NCBI GenBank assembly: GCA_004764695.1
Contig: SMSO01000014.1
Location: 181,648 to 245,647, forward strand
DNA length: 64,000 bases
Direction of reading: 5' to 3'
From: Schizochytrium sp. TIO01
Taxonomy: Eukaryota > Protista > Bigyra: Labyrinthulomycetes
Shown: in pieces, positions 11,588 to 20,139 of the stretch
Layout of the letters: the number at the start of each line of letters is the position of its first letter
Position numbering within the stretch: the stretch's first letter is position 1
Notes under the pieces: model-generated
Databases searched by the model: none
What the model was told of the DNA's origin: nothing
Seen by the model: the letters and a program-made list of their open reading frames with translations, nothing else
Position numbers and translations under genes: made by a program

Positions 11588-13151
11588 ATTTTAGTTTGGA
11601 CTCCTCATAGATCCTTATAGGTCACTGCTGTGGATTGATTCTGTTGCAAGCTAGCTATTAGTTATAGTATATATGTTCCCGTTGCACGCACACTATTGTA
11701 TACCAGTGCAAGGGAGTCTTTATGTCTCTTTGAATCTAAAAGAAACAGTAACTAGGAAGTGCTGAAATAAATAATACTCTTCTCAGCCTACATCGTACCT
11801 CGCGACCCGGCCAACACCCGATCAAACTGCAAAGGTGGAACTGAGTGATCAACTGTTAGTACTGTAATAGTAAATAACACTAGTACTCAGGTACGGTTGT
11901 TACTAAATTGAGCTTTGAGATTTATTCCGTTACAAGAAAGGAATTTCCTGTGAAAAGGCTATAGTGTAACAACTTCGGAGCTGTTTTTTTAAATTTTAAA
12001 TTTAACTCGGAAGTCCTTCTTTAAAAAAAAATGTTGACATATAGTATTATTATTAACTTCTACACGAATGCAACGATATCTATTCATGGTTGTTCCCCGT
12101 GATCGGATCAATACTTGAAGATATTATGCCACTTTTGTCCGAGGCATTGTAGCCGCGTTTCCTGTTTCATATAAATTTAACCTCTTGAGCTTCGCTCTTT
12201 CCAAAATAAACAGCTCCCAGGCTTCTTCTTGTTGCAGAATTGTGCAGTTGCAAACGATCTGTAGGCTGCACTCTTTTTTGATTTCATACTTCGGGCAATC
12301 GTTAAGGTTCCTTTTTTATTTATTTAAATATATATATGTTTTTCAAATTCACGCGTAGCGAGGCTCATCAGGTACCTAATAGTACTAAGCCTCGTTCATT
12401 GCGAAGCTCTTTATATAATTTGTGATAAATCATCATTGATTAACTTTAACCTACCATTGCACTTTTCCTACAACCTTCACTTCTTTTTGGAAGGTTTGCT
12501 TAAAATTACATTTATTCAAAGGAAAACGCCAGAAGAGGCTCCTCCTAAATGAATGTTTGCTGCCGATTGGCATTTTGAAGGTGTTCCCTGTAACCAGCCC
12601 CATTGGCTGGGGCATTATAATCTCAAGGCAGTGTGTAGACTAGTGGTCGAGACAAGGAGTCGGAGGAACCTCCTCCGGGTCCGAGGTGCCCTGGCAAAGT
12701 CATCATTTCATTCTTGTGAACCCAGGTTGGTGATGAGCAAAGATCGGACCAGATAAACATGGACCAAAATCACCAATATTCTGCATGGCTCATGCTGTCG
12801 AGCTAATTAATGCCAATTGGTGAGTTCCCTTCTTCATTATTCAGAGAGTCTAGGTATGAAAGCATAGTGCCCACGGCAAAAACCTACCTAGCTTTGGCAG
12901 TATCTACTTTTGGCAATGCCATGACTAGTACATAGGAGTAGAAGTAGTATCATAAATTAGGTACACAAAAGAAACATGACTTTAAATGCAACGGATAGAA
13001 ATACTAGAAGAGTGTGCATATTTGCCAAGAGTCAAGGTGTGTCATGTCTTCGGATAAACAAACATATACATGTTGACGATGAAGTGATCACTAATACGGC
13101 ACCGGTGCCATAAAACCTTGAGAGCGGAGCGAGCTCTACATATGTATTCCT

Positions 13152-14459
13152 ATGGTGGATGATAGCTGCGGTCGCTTAGCTCCGCTGAATGATTGCGGCC
13201 GTGGAGTTTGCATCAACTACACTTGTGTATGTAGACCTGGATGGACACAAGTTGCCGATTTCGATTTTTGGCAAACTGAAATATTTAGCGATGTAACCCA
13301 AGCTCGTGCTCGATGCAACAATCCACATCATTTAGTTGAAGCGTTGCATGCGTTGACAATTGGAATTGCAGTTATCACGGTTTTGTCGATCGTTTGGCGT
13401 TATTCAGTGCTGTCAATATGGAAGCACAGCATGCTTCGCATGAAGATGACTTATGTTATTCTACTCTTTATCTCTGAGGCTTTATGGTTTCGAACAAACC
13501 CAGCGCCTACGTTTGGTTCTTCAGTCCCGTATACAATGATACAGCCCGTGCTTGTTGGGTTGTTCATTCGGGTTCTTCATCTGTTTACTCTAAGGTTGCT
13601 TCACTATATGACTGTCAGGTCAAGCTATGCAGAACATGTATCTCATATTTCGCGTCGCCGAATTGAACTTTACAAAAAAGTTTCCAACATAGCTACAGTT
13701 TTATTTACGTTGGGACTACTTACACTGTATATTTTTATCGTACTTACAAAGGAGTCGCATACTCTATTCATCCTTGTAAATGTAGCCAGCGCAGTGTTTA
13801 TAGTCACCATTGTCTTCATTTCTACAATAGCCAGTTCCTCCTACAAGATGGTTCATCGCGATCTTGAAAGTATTTTGCAAAAACACTCTTCCATAGTTAA
13901 ATCATCTCCATTGAATGATCGAACTTTTGATGCCCGAGTTGTGAGGGCCTACAAGCGAATTACGAAAATAAAGAAGCAAAGCAGGCTTCTCCATCTTCAA
14001 TTTTTCCTTACATGCATAGTCACCTTCACGCCTATTGGGTATTATCTCATCATTTTCACTTTACCCCTCATTCAGTCAATGGGCTTAGTTTTCTTTCTGC
14101 TTGGGCACCGCCGGAGATCACACAAGCAAACAAGATCTAAGAAACGCACTTTCGTTACAGTAGGTACAACAGGTACATCAGGGTCTTCCAAAATGGGACC
14201 TAGTGAATTATCAGATGTTTCTCCAGCAAGACTCGAGCGAATCAGAAATTTATTGAAGATTTCATGGCTAAGAGACAAGAATTTAAAGGTGCTTCCTTTT
14301 GGAGAACCTCTCAACAGCCAACCTTCTACTAATCCCCACACTGAGGATGAAATAAAAGTTACACACCGACTTGATGCTCCTTCTGAGATGAGTGAATCGA
14401 ATACACTCCGAGCTGAGCAACCTTTAACTTCTTCCGTAAATGTGCTCGAGACGTCTTGA
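13152..14459 (+). CDS. EGF-like domain plus seven-TM receptor-like (GPCR-like) protein, paralog B
   Basis: N-terminal CGRGVCINYTCVCRPGW and FDFWQ, shared with paralog A, then about seven hydrophobic segments, a basic TM5-TM6 loop and a Ser/Thr-rich C-tail. Confidence 0.75.
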   Translation: MVDDSCGRLAPLNDCGRGVCINYTCVCRPGWTQVADFDFWQTEIFSDVTQARARCNNPHHLVEALHALTIGIAVITVLSIVWRYSVLSIWKHSMLRMKMTYVILLFISEALWFRTNPAPTFGSSVPYTMIQPVLVGLFIRVLHLFTLRLLHYMTVRSSYAEHVSHISRRRIELYKKVSNIATVLFTLGLLTLYIFIVLTKESHTLFILVNVASAVFIVTIVFISTIASSSYKMVHRDLESILQKHSSIVKSSPLNDRTFDARVVRAYKRITKIKKQSRLLHLQFFLTCIVTFTPIGYYLIIFTLPLIQSMGLVFFLLGHRRRSHKQTRSKKRTFVTVGTTGTSGSSKMGPSELSDVSPARLERIRNLLKISWLRDKNLKVLPFGEPLNSQPSTNPHTEDEIKVTHRLDAPSEMSESNTLRAEQPLTSSVNVLETS

Positions 14460-14914
14460 TTTCTGGTTGCATATTAGGCTACTAAAATGCAAAAATGGAC
14501 TAACTTCCAGTAGGAGCGCGTTAAAAAGCTTGACAAGTCCAAATTGGAAAATATTAACTTCTGTATTGTAATGGGAACATATGCCAATATATAGGGAAGG
14601 GGTGTCCGTCTATGAAATCTAAAATGTCTACCTGGTCCTGCCTGGCATAAATGTGTCAGGAACCCTTCATTACACTCTCCCTATATTTAGAAAAATCTTC
14701 TTCTAAAGTTCACTCACAAAACTTAAATTTGTAGCACATATTACTCATAAAATAGCACTCGTATCTTAAATCACAGCTCTCTTCATTGTATCTCAATCAG
14801 AAGGAGGCAATTTTTCAATTAAGTAGTAGTAAGTACGGGACCTAGTTCTGTTAGAGAAAGAAATATCACGGTCTCCTCCTTTGTTTCGGACCCGCATTTT
14901 CTGAAGTACCTACG

Positions 14915-14947
14915 TATAAACAACGAGAGAGAGAGAGAGAGAGAGAG
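14915..14947 (+). promoter_or_regulatory. TATA-like hexamer followed by a (GA)11 tract upstream of the F-box gene
   Basis: tataaa at 14915-14920, GA repeat at 14925-14947, ATG at 14974. Promoter function is inferred from position only. Confidence 0.3.
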
Positions 14948-14973
14948 TCGAGCAGTCTGCGAATACGGCCGTC

Positions 14974-17043
14974 ATGTTTCCCCCGCTTTGCAGAGGTCCT
15001 CAGCAGACAGGAGCTATGGAACCCCCAGGACTTGCCTCGGAACCCGCGTATGGACTAAAGCGACATGAGCATATCACAAAGGGTCTAATGCATCGTGAAG
15101 TAGTAAGCAAACGAGGCCTCTTCACAGGCGACTGCTTGGATGGCTTAGGGGATGTTTTCTTTGAGATTGCTACTTTTTGTGACGGCCCATCGCTCACGGC
15201 GTTGAGTATCACTTGCCACGACCTCTACTCCGCGCTTAATCAAAGAGACGAGATTTGGGCTGCTCTATACAATAGACTGTCTTTTACCCACGACCTCCCA
15301 GTTCCAGTTTTGTCCGCGGGGAGCTCGTGGAGAGCAGTCGTTCTGAGGAGTGTGAAAAGTCTCGTGCGTGTTGTAGTAAGGCCCATTAGTCTAGGAGATG
15401 TGTGCTTTGAGCTAATCTTGCCCAGATCTACAACACTCTTTGGACTGAAAAAGCTCATTCGAAAGCGTCAGTTGCGAGAGCAAAGAGTTAGCTTACAGAA
15501 CTTTGAACTGATCAATGTTAGCTCGCAACTTGCTCTTGGCGTGCAGGGATATGATATTTTACCTCCTTCAGACCTGAGCATTCTCTTCCTATCTTCTGAC
15601 AGTCTCTTACGTTCTATGAACTCAAATGAATCGTTGCGGCGAATGATGTTTCGTCACCAACGTCCTGCTTGGCGGCGCACACTAGCTCTTGCACCAGATG
15701 GAATTGAGTTGTTGCAGGTATTTGTGACACCCCAAGGTATGCTGGAGAGCCCGACATGGCTTTCTCCGGGTAGTAATGAGGGAAACCAAAATGCTATGAT
15801 CGAATCTTCCACACAACGTCCATCTTCGGCAAATGCTTATCCTAATTCTATTCATGCTGGTATTCCTCACACAGAGCTTACTGCTGTGTATTCATTGACT
15901 CGTTCACAAGCGAGGCCGGTTGACGAGGACACATCTCACATTGGAAGGGTGGACAACCAGGGTATCGGCTGTCATGCTTTGCGTAGTCTTAGAACTGGAG
16001 AGCTCAATAAGCTGGCGTACACCATTGTTGACTCCGGGTCGACCAATCTCCAACGCAAGGAAGCACTAGAACAAATGTGCGACTTGCTTGAAGAATCCCG
16101 GCGAATGCTGGGGTATAATGCACATAAGCCGTTCTGGGAGATGAGTAAGCTCCACCCTCTTATTTATGTTCTAGTTTCTAAATCGGGCGTTTCTTTGCCA
16201 ATACGCTATAATGCGCTCACGCAACTGGTTCGACTATACCTGTTTCATTTACTTAGCAAAGACTTTATGGTTGCTGCCTTAGCGCGAGGGGTGCTTCAAA
16301 CTGGATTCCCAGCAGCATTTATTCGACTAGTCACATCACTTGGACCATTGATTATTAGAACACAGGTGAAGCAAATCATGGAAGCTGAAATCGATTGGGT
16401 TCCTCTTTTCTTTGCTGTGAAATTTATTGCAAGAACAATTCTTCTTTTGTCTCGTGCAATGCTCCCAGTTATGGGCCTTGCGTTTGCGCACGAGAGCCTT
16501 CTAGTTCTCATTCGTACCGTCTTTCATGAAGAATCAGTCTATGACGACTGGCTTGTATATATGGGCATTCTGGTTGCTTTTCGTCGAAAGTCTCCATTGC
16601 CACTTCCTTTGTCATTTGAATCTCTGACAACGCCTAGTCGTCTAGAGCATTTTGCGATGCAGACTGCAGGTCAGCTTTCAATTTTGCGTAGAATCTGGCG
16701 CTTCATTGTTCTTATTTTTATTCGAACATTTACTCTCGATGACCTGGTGCCATACACGCGCATGACACGACGCGCAGGCCTTCGTGTATGGGGTATTCTG
16801 GCAAAACGACTTCCACGAATTGCTACCTATTTTGACTTTGCTCAGCGGACACTGCGGCATCAAGTTGCTTTGCAGTATGTCTTTTCGGGCATTTTATGGG
16901 GGCACATTGATGCCTTCTGTTCCGATACAACCAGCATGTCAATGCCAGTCTACGCTTATTCAGTACCTTTTGTAGTTTCAATCATGCTCGTTCGTTTGCG
17001 TATGGCCTTGTCTGACTCGTACTACTACATGATGTATTTCTAG
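14974..17043 (+). CDS. F-box protein with a ubiquitin-like segment and hydrophobic C-terminal region
   Basis: F-box-like LDGLGDVFFEIATFCDGPSLTALSITCHDLY...DEIWAALY. Ubl-like VRVVVRPISLGDVCFELILPRSTTLFGLKKLI...QNFELI. Several hydrophobic helices in the last ~250 aa. Confidence 0.7.
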   Translation: MFPPLCRGPQQTGAMEPPGLASEPAYGLKRHEHITKGLMHREVVSKRGLFTGDCLDGLGDVFFEIATFCDGPSLTALSITCHDLYSALNQRDEIWAALYNRLSFTHDLPVPVLSAGSSWRAVVLRSVKSLVRVVVRPISLGDVCFELILPRSTTLFGLKKLIRKRQLREQRVSLQNFELINVSSQLALGVQGYDILPPSDLSILFLSSDSLLRSMNSNESLRRMMFRHQRPAWRRTLALAPDGIELLQVFVTPQGMLESPTWLSPGSNEGNQNAMIESSTQRPSSANAYPNSIHAGIPHTELTAVYSLTRSQARPVDEDTSHIGRVDNQGIGCHALRSLRTGELNKLAYTIVDSGSTNLQRKEALEQMCDLLEESRRMLGYNAHKPFWEMSKLHPLIYVLVSKSGVSLPIRYNALTQLVRLYLFHLLSKDFMVAALARGVLQTGFPAAFIRLVTSLGPLIIRTQVKQIMEAEIDWVPLFFAVKFIARTILLLSRAMLPVMGLAFAHESLLVLIRTVFHEESVYDDWLVYMGILVAFRRKSPLPLPLSFESLTTPSRLEHFAMQTAGQLSILRRIWRFIVLIFIRTFTLDDLVPYTRMTRRAGLRVWGILAKRLPRIATYFDFAQRTLRHQVALQYVFSGILWGHIDAFCSDTTSMSMPVYAYSVPFVVSIMLVRLRMALSDSYYYMMYF

Positions 17044-17288
17044 TAATTCTCCATTCTATTTATTTAAAGCCATATCGTGTTTTTTCATTTTCTCCTCCAT
17101 CTTTGTGTGCCGAGAAATTCTCCCTTCATGTCTCCGTCCGATACACACACACTTTCAGATACTACTCTTTCGCGTTACATGCGCTCGCTGCATATATTAA
17201 TAAAGAAGACGACACTTGCGATTTGTGTTAGTCTCCGCTTATGAAAATGACAAGCAAACTGAGAATAATGCAGTTAACCTAATGCACG

Positions 17289-17408
17289 CGTTCCAAACAC
17301 TTCGAACATAACCTATAAAATCTGCTAAACTTGCATTGCCTAAGATGTCGTGGGGCTAATAAGGTCCAATCGCGGGTTAAAAACTAACCCACTCATCAAA
17401 GACAATTT
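17289..17408 (-). ncRNA. Putative (decayed) omega-RNA scaffold / element right end
   Basis: Lies immediately 3' of the Fanzor stop. Minus-strand hairpins are gtgggtta-gtttt-taacccgc (17392-17372) and gttcgaa-gtgt-ttggaac (17307-17290). TnpB/Fanzor omega-RNAs are known to derive from the element right end. Confidence 0.45.
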
Positions 17409-17740
17409 TTAAATCGTGTCCTTGGATAGACAACGCAAGTAGACGCCTCTGGCGGCGTGGATATCACAAACGGCTACGTGCTTGTGTATTTTTGAAAACC
17501 TTGGATTGTCTTGGATGGTATCACATTCATTGCATGGTTTGAAAGTGCAATCCTCTTATCAAATGGTCAGTTTACACCACTGGCAGGGAAAAAGCTCGGT
17601 TTTGTGAATGAGCGCTTACTAGAAACCAACGAGCAACACATTATTCGAGCTGTCTTGATTTTGATTTGTCTTGCTAGCTTGTTGAGGCTTCAAATTTAGG
17701 CAAAATCGTCGTTTTCACAAAACCAAAGTGCAAAATCTCG
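17409..17740 (-). pseudogene. tnpB: Fanzor2/TnpB RNA-guided nuclease pseudogene, C-terminal fragment
   Basis: Manual translation gives FALWFCEN (17734-17711), ILPKFEAS (17706-17683), RQIKIKTARIM (17671-17639) and ALIHKTELFPCQWCKLTI**EDCTFKPCNECDTIQDNPRFSKIHKHVAVCDIHAARGVYLRCLSKDTI* (17615-17409). These match the Fanzor2 pattern WLCENY..ILLPxFE..RKIxSKTARxM..RLxHK..PWCxVxIxxExYTSKTCxxC..RDxNAARNIxLR. Confidence 0.88.
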
Positions 17741-18089
17741 GTAGTCTAGTAGAGCGTCCAAGCCCGGCCTGTTGAAGTTGACCCCTCTATCGATGTCTTT
17801 GTAGGCGGCGGAGGCGTCTGGATGTCACCAATATGGCATTCGGAACTCTTTTTTTTTTGCTTGGTGGAGGGTACTCTGATGTAGATAATGGAAAGGTCCG
17901 TACTGCATTGCTTGTAGCTGTCGAACCGTAACCATGGATGAACTCAAGATCGTCACTTGCGTATATGCGCTTGCCTCCGGAGAAGCGCCCGAAAGCACTT
18001 GCTGAGATGCCAAACTTCTGGTTAAAGTGCTTTGATGATTTGAATTGAAGGTTTGTGTTTAGAGCTTGGTAGATCCTTGGCCATGCCAT
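17741..18089 (-). pseudogene. tnpA: IS607 TnpA serine recombinase pseudogene fragment
   Basis: FKSSKHFNQKFGISASA...GGKRIYASDDL (18044-17946) matches the HTH/wing. IIYIRVPSTKQK (17889-17854) corresponds to IIYARVSSxKQK, with the catalytic Ser position now Pro. HPDASAAYKDIDRGVNFNRPGLDALLDY (17824-17741) corresponds to DIGSGLNFxRxGLxxLLD. The motifs are separated by frameshifts. Confidence 0.88.
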
Positions 18090-18325
18090 TTTCTTACCTA
18101 GCCTCATTTCTGTTCTTTTAGAAAAACAAACAGAGACCTAAATAATTATACATCATTTATATGAATAGTCACTATCATTTGGAGGTTATATAAGTTCTAA
18201 TATTTTCATCGATTTTGTTCTTTATGTTCTTTTTCAAGTTTGGATCAAGAAGTCAAAGCAAAGCAACGCAAGCAAACTCTTACGTTCACAGCCTGCGGAT
18301 CTGTCAAGGTCTCCAGCGCCAAGCG

Positions 18326-19537
18326 ATGTCTTCTTCATACTCCGCTCCTGCGTTCTTCACTGAGGGCCTGGACCTTTCAGGTGCACTTCGGCATCTCCTG
18401 AATGATCCTTTTCGGCCGCTTCTGCTCGTCATGGACGCCTCGAACCGAGACATCGGCGAGAGCCCTTACGAGGCCCTGAAAGAGCTACCCGATCAGCCTG
18501 ATGGGTCCCTGGGTCTCTTGCGTCGCGTGCTTGTTCCATCGGGTCGAGGTGTGGCGTGGTTTCGCGCGCATTTCAAAATTAGGTCTTTGCGCGGCACTGC
18601 CATCATGACCTGCGACGGTTGGAGTGATGTTCAAGAGGGCGCTGCGGACATCTTAGATCTCGAGGCCCGTGCCAACAAGGCTCTTCGCCTACTCGGCGAG
18701 CGAGCCGTTGTAGGTCTTGCCCTAGCAAAGCTGCTCGAGGCCCACAGTGTGCCCAACGGGCGTAGGGTTAGCGCAGCCGCTTGGCTCAGAGAGCCGCGAT
18801 ATGCTGACCTTCCCAACGGACCCACGGTTATCCGTGGAGGCCGAGCCCCGCTCTTACGCCTGAGAAGCGTAGCATCAAATCTTAGGAGCTCTACAAACAG
18901 CGAGATAGAAAGTGACACCAAAAATGAAGTCGAAAGTAATTCTGAGAATGCTGCCCAAAATAATATTGACACCAGGGATACATATCGCTTTGCGGTGAGC
19001 AGCGTCGAGGTGACTGTGAGGCTTCCCGGAGGGGATCGTGTAAGCGGCGAATTTGGGCCACGATCTCGGCTTGGCGAAGTGAAGGACCTTGTGACGAGAG
19101 AGGGAAACATGAAGCAAGGATTTAGGCTGGCGACGGCGTTCCCGAGGAGGGTCTTTACGCAGGCTGAAATGCGGAGCAGTTTGAGGGAACTAGACCTTGC
19201 TCAAAACTGCCTCCTAGTGGCGGAAGTGGTACAAAATGACCAGATTACCACGCAACACAATATTTTGGTTGCGTGGATCTTGGCCCTATGGGCGTTCTTG
19301 GTTAGTCTCTTTGCCGGCAAGCAAGCAGGGAGCAACCTTGATCAGGAAGAGCAGCCCCAGCAGCAGCAGCGGCAGCCCCAAGCTGAGGGAGCTAAGTCCA
19401 ATGTGAGAACAATGCAGAGCCTTAGGGAAAATTCATCCATAGACACTTCCACATCAAAAGATCAGAAGGGCCCTAATGAGTACTTTGGAGGTGACAGCAC
19501 AGTCTTTCAGGGAGGTGGTCCCAGTGATCAACAGTAG
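18326..19537 (+). CDS. UBX-domain p97/Cdc48 adaptor, UBXN4(erasin)/Ubx7-like
   Basis: UBX domain VEVTVRLPGGDRVSGEF...FRLATAFPRRVF...SLRELDLAQNCLLV with the R...FPR motif, then a hydrophobic hairpin ILVAWILALWAFLVSLF and C-terminal NEYFGGDSTVF. ATG at 18326 is preferred over the TTG at 18215. Confidence 0.85.
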   Translation: MSSSYSAPAFFTEGLDLSGALRHLLNDPFRPLLLVMDASNRDIGESPYEALKELPDQPDGSLGLLRRVLVPSGRGVAWFRAHFKIRSLRGTAIMTCDGWSDVQEGAADILDLEARANKALRLLGERAVVGLALAKLLEAHSVPNGRRVSAAAWLREPRYADLPNGPTVIRGGRAPLLRLRSVASNLRSSTNSEIESDTKNEVESNSENAAQNNIDTRDTYRFAVSSVEVTVRLPGGDRVSGEFGPRSRLGEVKDLVTREGNMKQGFRLATAFPRRVFTQAEMRSSLRELDLAQNCLLVAEVVQNDQITTQHNILVAWILALWAFLVSLFAGKQAGSNLDQEEQPQQQQRQPQAEGAKSNVRTMQSLRENSSIDTSTSKDQKGPNEYFGGDSTVFQGGGPSDQQ

Positions 19538-20139
19538 ATAGGGGGTATCGCGATGACAAAGGTCGGTCGTTTTGACATTGACGGTGGCCTAAAGATGCAG
19601 AAAAAAAAGAGAAGAAGAGAAACGTCGTAAAATTATGAAGGGAACTCTCAAGCTTAAAAAAAAAACACTACTCTGTGGCTTAATATACACCTAATCGGCG
19701 AGCGAGGCTACATTTGTCCATAACGCTGAATTATTGTAATCTGCGTTGTATTCTAAAGACAACCATTAATATAGATTTTGTTCTTTTACATTTGAGGAGT
19801 TATAAATTAGTATACTGTGTTTAAGAGGTCCAATGTTGTGAAGACGGATGATATTCAATTATAAAGAACAAAAGACGAGACAAAGATGGAATTGTTCAAG
19901 CACGATACGTGTCAATATGATTGTTGTTTTGATTTCAAATATAGTAATTTGGAGATTGGTCATAAAGAAGAATAAAATGAGACTGATTTGTGTTTGGCTG
20001 CGTAGTGTTCACGTTTGGTTTTCAATTTTGTTCAGGGGTTGGGAAAACATATCAGAGAAGAAAAGATGCGTTGCATGGAGCAGCAGATATCAAATAGAGA
20101 ACATGAGGTCTATTGTCGGTTGTTCTTCAATAGTTGATT

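Larger units (their letters stand above)
17289..18107 (-). mobile_element. Degenerate, internally deleted IS607-family (TnpA + Fanzor2/TnpB) transposon relic; ends approximate, left end may extend to about 18250
   Basis: Colinear minus-strand fragments across three frames: a MerR-like HTH, serine recombinase motifs, Fanzor2 RuvC-II/Zn-finger/RuvC-III motifs, then hairpins. This is the canonical IS607 gene order. Confidence 0.88.

Noticed and set aside
17787-18107. 106-aa ORF as an intact small gene
   Set aside because: Only the N-terminal part matches the TnpA HTH. The later TnpA motifs are in other frames, so it is a pseudogene fragment.
18215-18325. N-terminal extension of the UBX gene from the TTG at 18215
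   Set aside because: Non-ATG start in T-rich, promoter-like sequence. The ATG at 18326 is more plausible for a eukaryote.
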